Positions 8,522 through 17,871 of a DNA stretch of 64,000 nucleotides are shown one piece after another (the first letter of the stretch is position 1; each line of letters starts with the position of its first letter). This DNA is from a virus (taxonomy: Duplodnaviria; Caudoviricetes). The position numbers and the translations under genes were made by a program. The notes under the pieces are model-generated. The model was given only the letters and a program-made list of their open reading frames with translations, was not told the origin of the DNA and made no database searches. The DNA lies in the IMG/VR virus record IMGVR_UViG_3300025389_001063; one strand, given 5' to 3'.

Positions 8522-9418
8522 CTAGCGTTTTCTTCCAATAATTCTAGGTGTATTTTGATACACTCTCTTAAAAAACTTTGAAGCATTAGAATCCATTTCT
8601 GCAATTTCGAGTTGTAACTCAATTCTTAGACTTTCTCCAATATTAAGAATTTGTTCGTCTATATTATCATTGTTGATTTTAGGTTCTATTTCTTCTTTCC
8701 AGTAATTTGTAAGATATTTAAAATCTCTTACATTGATATAATCCCATTTTGTACAATTAGTTTTATAACAACCTAAACGAGATCCATAGATTGCCCATTT
8801 ACCATTTTTAACATCAGCACCAACACTCATCCATATTAATAATCTTTGATAATTTTGCCACCAAACACTTTGTATATCATTTGTTCTTTGAGCTCTATTA
8901 AGACTCATTTTTACACCTTCTCTAAACCCTGCTCTCCAGGCTTGAAAAGGTGAACCGTTTATATAACTTGTTGAGTAATGTTGATTAAATTGATAATAAC
9001 GCGGATCAAAACAAAATTCTAAAACACTTTCTTGATCATTAGGATCTGAATTTTCATGAGTTTTCATATTAAGAACAAAATCTTTTGTCCAGCATTTTAA
9101 TCCACCGTTACCATATATAAGACCATTAACTGCATTTTTTCCTGCCCACGAAAACACATAATCTTTATTCTTATCATCTATCTCTATTTCTTGAGTATAA
9201 AATTCAGGATCTACAATATTATCACCATCAACAGTAATAAATCTATCTGTTTCGCTTAAATTGGCGGCGGCTTTGTGAGCAGCATCGCTTCCATCTACAC
9301 CATGTACTCTTTTAGCCCAAGGCAATATGTTAAGCAATTCTGAATAATGCTTATCTGCATTAGGTTCATCATAACTTATAAAAATTGTATCGATTTCATG
9401 AAGAACTAATTTTGTCAT
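8522..9418 (-). CDS. Glycosyltransferase-like (GT-A) protein, paralog of the 6906-8519 C-terminal domain
   Basis: IFISYDEPNA...AKRVHGV.G...AH.AAA...FITVDGDN...F.AWR.GFREGVK. Confidence 0.7.
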   Translation of the reverse strand: MTKLVLHEIDTIFISYDEPNADKHYSELLNILPWAKRVHGVDGSDAAHKAAANLSETDRFITVDGDNIVDPEFYTQEIEIDDKNKDYVFSWAGKNAVNGLIYGNGGLKCWTKDFVLNMKTHENSDPNDQESVLEFCFDPRYYQFNQHYSTSYINGSPFQAWRAGFREGVKMSLNRAQRTNDIQSVWWQNYQRLLIWMSVGADVKNGKWAIYGSRLGCYKTNCTKWDYINVRDFKYLTNYWKEEIEPKINNDNIDEQILNIGESLRIELQLEIAEMDSNASKFFKRVYQNTPRIIGRKR

Positions 9419-10091
9419 CTCTTATATCCACATGTAAATAATTTTGAAAATATCTTATTGAAAAAATTGTTACGTCTTCACCATTAAATCTATCTATAGT
9501 TTTGTCATTATTAGCTCGATCTTTAAAATTTATAATATAATAGTCAGTATCGTTTGTTAAATCGTCTAAAGTAAGATTTAAAGTTTTATATAAAATATTA
9601 GGATCGTATGGTGCTGTAACATATAAAGATATTTTATAGAATCCCATACTCTGATTCTTATATTTTAATTTGTTTTCATCTGACAATTTAATTCTAAATT
9701 CTCCTTTTATATTATCTTGTTCAATCAATAAATCAAAGGATTCTTCAATTTTTTTGTCTTCTTTACTTTTAATTTTGGGCAATTCGTAGATAAAATCATC
9801 GATTCTAGTTAAAGATAAATCCTCAGGAACACAAGATTCTATTTTAGATTTACCATCTTCAACTACAACTCGATAATTTGCTATATTAAATTTTTGTAAA
9901 GGCTCAGTTAAATCTTTTTCTTCAAGAATAACAAAAGGAAAAGGATCGGTAGAATCTAAATAATTCCTAAAATTAATTATTTTACCAGAAGAAACCTCGT
10001 AATGAACATAAAAGGATGGTCTTTTATTAAGTGCTTCTTCTTGCTTTCTTAAATATTCAAAAATTTCTTCTTCTGTCATTTTGAATCCCAA
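9396..10091 (-). CDS. Hypothetical protein (within the glycosyltransferase operon)
   Basis: 231-aa ORF overlapping both neighbours; no motif recognised. Confidence 0.6.
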   Translation of the reverse strand: MGFKMTEEEIFEYLRKQEEALNKRPSFYVHYEVSSGKIINFRNYLDSTDPFPFVILEEKDLTEPLQKFNIANYRVVVEDGKSKIESCVPEDLSLTRIDDFIYELPKIKSKEDKKIEESFDLLIEQDNIKGEFRIKLSDENKLKYKNQSMGFYKISLYVTAPYDPNILYKTLNLTLDDLTNDTDYYIINFKDRANNDKTIDRFNGEDVTIFSIRYFQNYLHVDIRDDKISSS

Positions 10092-10936
10092 ATATTTAAT
10101 ATTTTTTCATATTTTAAAATTCTATCATCATTTAAAAAATTCTTTTCTGTATAATGAAAGATACCTGTTTGCTGATAGTTTCCAATTTTTAATCGGCAAT
10201 CATCATTAAAATAAGATCCAACATCATTTGTCCACTTTTCAGTACAAATACTCCATTTTTGATCATGACTTTTCATATGAGTAAATGTAGGATAATCTAA
10301 ACTAGAAAATACTTCATTCTCTATGCCTAAAATCTTTACTGCTAATGCAAAAGCCACATCAATACTAAGACGAACAGGTTTTGCTTCTTTTAAAAATCTA
10401 TTATAACAGTTTTTCCAATCTTTAACAATTAATTCAACCAATTCCCAAAACTGTTTTGACAATTCTGTTTTTTTAAAATAAGTGAATGCGCTATAGCAAT
10501 TAGGAAGATCGTTTTTAAAAAATGTTTCTCTATAATAAGAATTTGTTATTAATTCATTTCTATATGTAAAAACTTTATCTGTAATGAGTAAATCAAAATT
10601 TTTACCCATATAACTCCACCACTGACTAACATCCGACAAAAATAGCATATCAGAATCTAATATTACTGTTTCTTCGTATGGAGATATATGATATAATTTC
10701 CATCGATTTTCTATTTTCCATTCAGAATTAAAAGCATCATCGTACCATTTGATAGGTAAAACTTGATCAAAAACATTATAATAATGTTTAGGAACAGCAT
10801 CGGGGATATCAGTAACTAAAGTTATTTTATTAATTTTAGATTGTGTTAATTTAATAGACATAGCCAATGCATATGCCATTTTAACATAATCATCAACTCC
10901 GTTATTTTGTGCAAGAACTAAGTATCCTTTATCCAT
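10076..10936 (-). CDS. GT-A glycosyltransferase-like (GT8-like) protein
   Basis: KGYLVLAQN...YVKMAYALAMSIK...SPYEETVILDSDML (DxD)...D.AF..A...F.HMK. Confidence 0.7.
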   Translation of the reverse strand: MDKGYLVLAQNNGVDDYVKMAYALAMSIKLTQSKINKITLVTDIPDAVPKHYYNVFDQVLPIKWYDDAFNSEWKIENRWKLYHISPYEETVILDSDMLFLSDVSQWWSYMGKNFDLLITDKVFTYRNELITNSYYRETFFKNDLPNCYSAFTYFKKTELSKQFWELVELIVKDWKNCYNRFLKEAKPVRLSIDVAFALAVKILGIENEVFSSLDYPTFTHMKSHDQKWSICTEKWTNDVGSYFNDDCRLKIGNYQQTGIFHYTEKNFLNDDRILKYEKILNIWDSK

Positions 10937-11816
10937 TAATTACCTCTAGCAATTTTTCTTCATGTCTACCAATACTAAATTTATTCATTATATGAACATT
11001 TTGATTATTCGTTTTTGCTAATGTATATTCACCAAGATGCTGTTTCTTTTGAACTAAAAAAATAAAAGATTTATCGTTATCAACTCTTATTAATTCATCT
11101 CTATCTAATGTATAATAAATTTCACATGGCAACGATGATGGATTTATCTTATTATTAAATCCTCCCATTATATGGATTGCTATACTAAACACATAATCAT
11201 TACGGAGTAAAGGAGCAGTTATTCTATAAGCAAATCGATAATATTCATAATTTTCTACAATATGTTGACATAACCCAAAAAACGTTTTTGTCCACAAATT
11301 CTTTTTAAAGTAAAATGCCGTGGCCCAAAAGAAATCAATTCCTTGATCGCTGACTCTATCAAATTCAACAGCATTTCTATCATTTGCTAAATCATAAGAT
11401 ATTCTATTAATCATAAAATCTTCATCTGAATCCCAAACATTATTAAGACGATCATTGACTATTAATAAATCTACATCTATAACTAAGGTTTGATCATAAG
11501 GAGTTAATTCATATGCCCAAGCTCTGTGTGCATTTTTAAAATCTGCTTTTTTAAAGTCTAAAGATCCATCATAATATCTTCTATGTTGGTTAACATTAAT
11601 ATTCAATTCACTTGTTAAAATTATTTTATCAAATATTTTTTCTAAATCTAACTTATCTTCTTCTTTCATCCACCCTAATGTTCCTTCATTGGTTACTAAA
11701 CTAATTGGAACATTTAAATTCTTCTTAACAAAGTGAGCAGAAATATATGCCATTTTGCCATAATCTATTTGAGAATTATTATATGCAAAAAACAATACAC
11801 CTTTACTCATTTTCAA
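10929..11816 (-). CDS. GT-A glycosyltransferase-like (GT8-like) protein, paralog of 10076-10936
   Basis: KGVLFFAYNN...DY.KMA...TPYDQTLVIDVDLL (DxD)...RNDYVFSIA.H. Confidence 0.7.
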   Translation of the reverse strand: MKMSKGVLFFAYNNSQIDYGKMAYISAHFVKKNLNVPISLVTNEGTLGWMKEEDKLDLEKIFDKIILTSELNINVNQHRRYYDGSLDFKKADFKNAHRAWAYELTPYDQTLVIDVDLLIVNDRLNNVWDSDEDFMINRISYDLANDRNAVEFDRVSDQGIDFFWATAFYFKKNLWTKTFFGLCQHIVENYEYYRFAYRITAPLLRNDYVFSIAIHIMGGFNNKINPSSLPCEIYYTLDRDELIRVDNDKSFIFLVQKKQHLGEYTLAKTNNQNVHIMNKFSIGRHEEKLLEVING

Positions 11817-12162
11817 TATCCATAATTTTTGCTATCGATCTCTTAGATTTTATCTCTATGTATTGATGATAATAAGAGTTTGTAGCCTCAACATAGATAG
11901 AAAAAATATTGTCTAAAAATAATTTAACATCGCTTATCATAAAAGGATTTTCAAAATCATCTAATATAACAATATCTTCAGAATGTCCTAAAGTAACTAG
12001 AGTTGATAAAAAATTAATTAATTCTCTATTAACTGTAAATCTGTGTCCAGATTCGTGATATAAACAATTTTCTTTAAATTCTTGTTTTAATAAATCTCTT
12101 TGAGTTCCAAAAGTTACCATTAAATTGGCTACATCGAGTGCTTTTTTTAGACGATCGTCCAT
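11803..12162 (-). CDS. Hypothetical protein (first gene of the glycosyltransferase block)
   Basis: 119-aa ORF with GGAG RBS. Confidence 0.6.
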   Translation of the reverse strand: MDDRLKKALDVANLMVTFGTQRDLLKQEFKENCLYHESGHRFTVNRELINFLSTLVTLGHSEDIVILDDFENPFMISDVKLFLDNIFSIYVEATNSYYHQYIEIKSKRSIAKIMDIENE

Positions 12163-12185
12163 AGATATTCTCCAACGTACTACTT

Positions 12186-12194
12186 ATTATAGCA
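12186..12194 (-). promoter_or_regulatory. Extended -10 sigma70-type promoter (TGCTATAAT)
   Basis: Minus strand reads TGATGCTATAATAAGTAG...GGAGAATATCT ATG; no good -35. Confidence 0.5.
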
Positions 12195-12219
12195 TCAGTT
12201 AATATAAAAAAATATCGAA

Positions 12220-13182
12220 TTATGATCCAGATGTTAAACTTGTCGTTGTAGTAGGAGTTGGCGCTGTAACATTAACATTTGTTCCAGATGGCCTATACAT
12301 ACGAACTGTATTTGTAACTGTTCCTGTTACATATTCATCTATACCAAATGGAGGATGCAAAGTAGTCTTTTTGTCTTGAAGATATAATTTAAGATAAAGA
12401 TATCTTGCTCCACCATTAGTATTACTAGCCACATCACACGATACTGTAAATTTCATATCGTTAGTAGCATACATTGATGCTCCATTAATTTGTCCACCAG
12501 ATCTAATATAAATTTGTTGTTCGGTATTTGTTAATTGATAAAAACCAATAGAACTTACTTGAGTTCCAGATAATGAAAAGTTCTTATAACTAAAAGAAAA
12601 TGTTCCAACATTTATAACAGCATTCCAGTCGTTATTAATTAAAGTTGACGATGATGGAGAAAAAGAAGGAGTAATGTTTATAACACCTCCTGCATTAAAA
12701 AAATATCTAGCATTATCTGCTGATCCAAAATCTAAAGTAAAGAAATGATCAATTTCTACGTTCCATTGAGTCGTTCTACTTGATGTTAATAACGATTCAT
12801 CGGAATATTGTCCTGCTGCTATTTTATATATATTTGATGAATTAGTTACTACCGTCAATGCATTTTGCAATGCAGTAACATCTGTAGCAGAAACTTTGGT
12901 TGTAGTAGTTATTGTAGGTAAAGTAGGTATAGAAGTTAGAGTTCCTGATGTCCAACTAGGATTTTGAAGTAACCCTTGATGACCTGCTAATTTTAATAAA
13001 TCAGTTTTTATATTTGCCCAATGAACCTGTCTAATTTTGTTTATTGTAGCTACAGATGTTGGAGACATAGTTAATGTTTGTCCGTATCCAGAACTTCCTG
13101 ATCCTGTACCTAAAACAGTATTAAGGGGTGTGTAAAAAGCATTATAATCAGCCGCTTTTATTTTTGAACTTTTAGTTGCCAT
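12220..13182 (-). CDS. Virion structural protein (baseplate/fibre-associated), paralog of 13238-14248
   Basis: Ser/Thr-rich; shared GYGQTL...K.D..K.A.H.G and F..A..ARYFFN.G motifs. Confidence 0.6.
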   Translation of the reverse strand: MATKSSKIKAADYNAFYTPLNTVLGTGSGSSGYGQTLTMSPTSVATINKIRQVHWANIKTDLLKLAGHQGLLQNPSWTSGTLTSIPTLPTITTTTKVSATDVTALQNALTVVTNSSNIYKIAAGQYSDESLLTSSRTTQWNVEIDHFFTLDFGSADNARYFFNAGGVINITPSFSPSSSTLINNDWNAVINVGTFSFSYKNFSLSGTQVSSIGFYQLTNTEQQIYIRSGGQINGASMYATNDMKFTVSCDVASNTNGGARYLYLKLYLQDKKTTLHPPFGIDEYVTGTVTNTVRMYRPSGTNVNVTAPTPTTTTSLTSGS

Positions 13183-13237
13183 GATGATACCTATCTTTCT
13201 AATAATTTATCTCTAAGAAAGCAGGTGAGTAATTTTT

Positions 13238-14248
13238 TTAGATATTTGTTAATATTCTAGTATTAAATCCAGTAGGAGCAACAACATTAACATTTGATCC
13301 AGATGCTCTACGAATAGAAACATTGCTTGTTAATGTTCCATCAACCCAATCTTTGTGGTAGTAGTGAGTTACTTTAGAACTATGAGCATCATCAAAATAT
13401 ATAGTCACATAAATTTTACTTGCTCCGCCATTGGAATTATTTTCAATATCACAAGACATTGTTACATAGTAATGATTTACTGAGTAATGAGAACTATATG
13501 TAGAATCTCCTGCCATAGTAAAAACTGTTTGTGCATTATTAGTTAATTGATAAAAACCAATAGAACTTCCAGATCCTACACTATTGCTACTTGTACAAGA
13601 ACTATGATCAAAAATTATAGTTCCCATGTTATTTAATGTTCTTGTCCAAGACAAATTCTGCTGAGAAACTCTGCCACCTGTTCTAGATGCAGAAAGTCTT
13701 AAACTACTGCCACTGTTGAAAAAATATCTAGCTGCTTGTGGATTTCTAAAATCTATTGTAAAAGCATGTCTAACAGTTTCTCCACCATACAATTGTGCTG
13801 ATTTATAAGAACTATTATTTCCCCAAGGAAGAACTCTATTATTTGACAAATCTGGTGACAATAATTCATCTGAATATTGACCTGAACCTAGTAAAAATCT
13901 ATTTGTAGATAGAAAATTTAAACAACTTTGATAGGCTTGAAGATGACTTGCTAAAATAATATCGTGCTGATTAATTGTTGGAAGATTAGTAATATGAGAA
14001 TCATTTTGAAGACCACAGTGTGTTGCTACTTTAATAATATCAGATTTTAATTTAGCAATTTGAACTGCTTTTACTTCATCTACAACACTTGTAACTTGAC
14101 CACTCAAAAGAGTTTGCCCATAACCATAAGTTGCAGCAATTGGATCATTCGGATAATTAGTAACTTGATCTCCTAATATCCTAGAAAGAAATGATTGTAA
14201 GTCATCGAAATCAGTTGATCTAATTAGTGCGCCTGTAGTTGTGGTCAT
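13238..14248 (-). CDS. Virion structural protein, paralog of 12220-13182
   Basis: Same motifs as the neighbour; both end RR/RP.SG(S/T)NVNV.AP. Confidence 0.6.
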   Translation of the reverse strand: MTTTTGALIRSTDFDDLQSFLSRILGDQVTNYPNDPIAATYGYGQTLLSGQVTSVVDEVKAVQIAKLKSDIIKVATHCGLQNDSHITNLPTINQHDIILASHLQAYQSCLNFLSTNRFLLGSGQYSDELLSPDLSNNRVLPWGNNSSYKSAQLYGGETVRHAFTIDFRNPQAARYFFNSGSSLRLSASRTGGRVSQQNLSWTRTLNNMGTIIFDHSSCTSSNSVGSGSSIGFYQLTNNAQTVFTMAGDSTYSSHYSVNHYYVTMSCDIENNSNGGASKIYVTIYFDDAHSSKVTHYYHKDWVDGTLTSNVSIRRASGSNVNVVAPTGFNTRILTNI

Positions 14249-14265
14249 ATTTTACATCCCCAATA

Positions 14266-15855
14266 TTAAAGTATGACTGCCATTACTACGCCTGGATCGC
14301 TGTCAACCTTGTCTTCGATAGATTTAGCAAACACAGATGTATGTGGATATCCAACTCCGTCTCCAATAGATACAGCGTATCCCGGATTTGATGAGGTTAC
14401 CAATACATCTCCCTTATGAACAGGACCAACAACTTTTACAGGAACTTTTCCTCTAAGTGCTACTGGTAAGTAATCTGCTGTTTCTCCGCTGTCGTTCATT
14501 AAGTATGCAGGATTAGTTGATATAACACCTGCTACTCTACTATCTGCTAATTTCATAGTAAGTGTGATTTCTTTATTTCCACCAAATACTACTACTGTTC
14601 CTGGTTCATAAACATTATCTGCTTCATATTTCTCTGCCAAGTCAGCATATTGTGCTCTTGTAGCAATAGCATCAATTGTTCCTGCTGCAAAATTACCATT
14701 GTTATCTCTAGCAACAATAGTATTATTTGTATTAGTAGCTGTTGAAACAACATACTTTGTAAGATCAGCAGGATTTGGCGGAGTTCCGTTTGCATAATCA
14801 AAATACAAAGTTTTTGCTCTATCAGATGTACCTACTACATTTCCTATGAAGTTACCTCCATGAAAATTATCAGCATATATGTCTTTAGCATATATGTTTC
14901 TCCATCTAAGCAATGGTTCACCTAAATCGTATGTATCTGTAAGTCCCGGATCAACTGCACTACCTAGAATTTGCATAGTTTCTTTAACTATAGTACCGTC
15001 TTTTATTTTAAAAATAATATTATTTGATTGTGTATTTTGAATAGTTGGAATAGAACTAACAATACCTACACTGAGTGTTTGATTAATACCACCTACTGTA
15101 AATCCGTTAGTATCAAACTGAGATGTTCCGTAAAAAACAGAATCTTGAGCAAGTACATATTCATGCGCTGCATGGAATGTGCTAGTTGTTGCATCTAACA
15201 TTCCATCTGCAGAACTAGCAGTTCCCCAATAGCGATCACCATTAGTTGATACTCCCGAAGAATTATTTGCATCAACTATAGTCATACCAGCATGTATAGT
15301 TCCAAAACCTACAATAGGATTAACTGTCTCATTTAAATTGAAAGTATCTTTAGAAATAATAAATTCTATTTTATCATTAATAAATGCTTCCATAATTGCA
15401 TGTTTATTATTCTGATCGTCTAGAACACTAACACTTTCCCATTGAGTTATTCCCAATCCAGCAACTGCTTGAGGACCAATAAGAACAAATTTAGATATTC
15501 CATCAAAAGCATATAACTGGTTAGAATCAGTATTCCACCAAAAATCGCCAGTAGTTAATCCTGGGGGTTCAGTTGGGCCAATCTCTGCACCACCTGTAGT
15601 TCTCCAATGTAGAGCATCCCAAAATTTTAATTTTCTGTTTGCAGAATCGTACCATATCTGTCCACTAAGAGCATTTGGAGGAGCAGCAGTATTGGAAAAA
15701 TTTTCCATCAAATACACAAAATTTTCATTTTGTATATCACCGTATCCTGCGTAATTTTTACCTATTAACTGGATAGTAGTACTACTATTATTTAGAGTAC
15801 CCTCATCAACGGTTACTAGTGGTGATCCGTTATATCTATTAATTTGATATGGCAT
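14266..15855 (-). CDS. Tail fibre/spike with C-terminal intramolecular-chaperone (peptidase G2/IMC-like) domain
   Basis: Shared baseplate-docking N-terminus (LIGKNY.GYG..QNENF..L.ENF...P.N...GQ.WYDS); C-terminal ADLAEKY...GTVV..GG.KEI...GVIST.PAYLMN...PVALRGKVPVKV.G...KGD.LV.S. Confidence 0.7.
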   Translation of the reverse strand: MPYQINRYNGSPLVTVDEGTLNNSSTTIQLIGKNYAGYGDIQNENFVYLMENFSNTAAPPNALSGQIWYDSANRKLKFWDALHWRTTGGAEIGPTEPPGLTTGDFWWNTDSNQLYAFDGISKFVLIGPQAVAGLGITQWESVSVLDDQNNKHAIMEAFINDKIEFIISKDTFNLNETVNPIVGFGTIHAGMTIVDANNSSGVSTNGDRYWGTASSADGMLDATTSTFHAAHEYVLAQDSVFYGTSQFDTNGFTVGGINQTLSVGIVSSIPTIQNTQSNNIIFKIKDGTIVKETMQILGSAVDPGLTDTYDLGEPLLRWRNIYAKDIYADNFHGGNFIGNVVGTSDRAKTLYFDYANGTPPNPADLTKYVVSTATNTNNTIVARDNNGNFAAGTIDAIATRAQYADLAEKYEADNVYEPGTVVVFGGNKEITLTMKLADSRVAGVISTNPAYLMNDSGETADYLPVALRGKVPVKVVGPVHKGDVLVTSSNPGYAVSIGDGVGYPHTSVFAKSIEDKVDSDPGVVMAVIL

Positions 15856-15897
15856 TCTAGAAGCTCCTGAACTTTCGTGGTCCGTTTTAAGTATTTA

Positions 15898-17871
15898 TCA
15901 TATACTGCTAGTTAAATCAGTATCGAAAACCCATGCATTATTCCTTATAATAAATCTTTTTAAATATCTTGTAACAGTTGGGGGGGATCCTGTACCCAAG
16001 TGTTGGACATGTACATATGCGTATTTTCCGTCTATATACAAGGATGCTTGTGCTATATCATTTAACATTAGAATAATATTAGTATTAATATTCCCAGATA
16101 ATCCGTTATCTATAAAAGTTAGTGCTATAGGGGATTGTTGTATTGCTCCCGTTACATAATATTTAGGAACTGCATCATTTAAATTTACAGGAAATCCAAC
16201 ATTTGCAATTCTTGGGTAAACTGTAGTTCCACTAATTGTTCTAGTTACTAGGACAATGTTTCCTGTTCCATTTGGATTTAATTCAAGATCTTGATTAGTT
16301 ACTGTAGCAGATATCATATTATTAGAAATATTTAAAGTTCCTGCTGTTAAACTAATTTGATGCCCGATTGATGTTAATCCTGGAGCACTAGTAACTGAAG
16401 ATAATAGTGTAGTTGAATTTAAGATTTCGACTCCGCCAATAGAAAAATATTTTCCTGATCTTAAGTTAAAATTCTCAGAGCAATCAAAAGATTGCGTAGA
16501 AAGATTAAACAGCATCGATTTATCTGTTGTTCCTTTAATAACAACGCCGCCACCATCTGCTGCAAGATCAGACGCCGAAAATGCTGATACTTTATTAATT
16601 GTTCCTATTACAGGAACACTACTGCCAACTGATGTAACTGTAAGTGTAGTTGAATTAACTATACTTAATATGGATACTGAATTTCCTGCTCCTAAATTTC
16701 CACTTCCTGACGCAGATTCAATTCTTTCTCCAATTATTAGTCCTACTGTAGATGATAATCCAGTAATTGTTAATGTCCACGGTCCAGATCCAGGAGTTAA
16801 AGGTGGAGAATTATCAACAACTGATGTGATAGTTGCAGTATCACCTATAATAATCGAAGAAACAACTGCTAATTCTAGATTTTTATCATCCACTGTTAGA
16901 ATAGTTGAATTAATTCTAGTGTTAGTTCCTTCTACTATTAGATCTCCTCTAACTCTCAAATTTCCAGCAACGTCGAGTGCTTGTTGAGGAGTAACTGTCC
17001 ATAAACCAATTTGGTTTGTACTTGCATCTATATAAATTGGAGTATATGTACCAGTACTGTTCTTTGTTTGAAATAAAATTGATCCTTGATTCAAAACATT
17101 TTCTAAAACAAGAGTAGTATTGTTTATTCTAAAATTAGCCGATTGACGTTGTCCAATTGTTAAACCGTTATCATTTTGAATTAATATTTTTTGAGCATTT
17201 ATTGCTGCTTCATCACTTCTCATAAACTGAGAATCTGTTAAACCATTAAACAAAATCGAATTAGATGATGTTCCACCTGTAATTGAACTAACATTACTAT
17301 TTGGTGTATATCCTTTGTTTAATCCATTAGAAAATCCTGGAATAGGTGGACTTGGAGTAAAAGTATCTGATGCATAAATTCCAAGTAATGTATCTGAAAT
17401 ATAAAGATAAAGTATAGATCTTGGATTTTTTGTTGAATCGTAAATTGTATCAGCAACAAATCCTGTTATTCCTTGCGATTTTTTCCATGTAGGGCCAGCT
17501 AATACTAAATCTGTTCCTGTATGAAACCATAGCTGATTTTCTAAATTATCAATCCAAAAATCACCTGTATTAAAAACAAGAGGTTCTATATCTGCAACAA
17601 TAGGACCACCTGCTGTTCTCCAACCTGTAGGAGTATAAACTTTTAATCCATCTGATGTGGCATCAAACCATAATTGACCAATAAGAGGATTTGTAGGCTG
17701 CGCAACACCTGCAAAATTTTCTAAAAGATAGATAAAATTTTCATTAAGTTGTTGTCCATAATTTGTAAAGTTTTTACCTATGAGAGTAAGATCGGTAGTA
17801 GAAGTATTAATTGTACTATCGGCTAATTGGATCAATAAATTTCCATTTGTTAAATTAATAGTATAAGACAT
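15898..17871 (-). CDS. Baseplate-attached fibre protein
   Basis: Same N-terminal module (MSYTINLTNG...LIGKNF..YG...NENF..LLENF); glycine-rich beta repeats. Confidence 0.65.
   Translation of the reverse strand: MSYTINLTNGNLLIQLADSTINTSTTDLTLIGKNFTNYGQQLNENFIYLLENFAGVAQPTNPLIGQLWFDATSDGLKVYTPTGWRTAGGPIVADIEPLVFNTGDFWIDNLENQLWFHTGTDLVLAGPTWKKSQGITGFVADTIYDSTKNPRSILYLYISDTLLGIYASDTFTPSPPIPGFSNGLNKGYTPNSNVSSITGGTSSNSILFNGLTDSQFMRSDEAAINAQKILIQNDNGLTIGQRQSANFRINNTTLVLENVLNQGSILFQTKNSTGTYTPIYIDASTNQIGLWTVTPQQALDVAGNLRVRGDLIVEGTNTRINSTILTVDDKNLELAVVSSIIIGDTATITSVVDNSPPLTPGSGPWTLTITGLSSTVGLIIGERIESASGSGNLGAGNSVSILSIVNSTTLTVTSVGSSVPVIGTINKVSAFSASDLAADGGGVVIKGTTDKSMLFNLSTQSFDCSENFNLRSGKYFSIGGVEILNSTTLLSSVTSAPGLTSIGHQISLTAGTLNISNNMISATVTNQDLELNPNGTGNIVLVTRTISGTTVYPRIANVGFPVNLNDAVPKYYVTGAIQQSPIALTFIDNGLSGNINTNIILMLNDIAQASLYIDGKYAYVHVQHLGTGSPPTVTRYLKRFIIRNNAWVFDTDLTSSI

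Noticed and set aside
13195-13221. Possible RBS hairpin upstream of 12220-13182 (CTTTCT/AGAAAG)
   Set aside because: Only 6 bp plus a bulge, AT-rich, and it does not cover the RBS.
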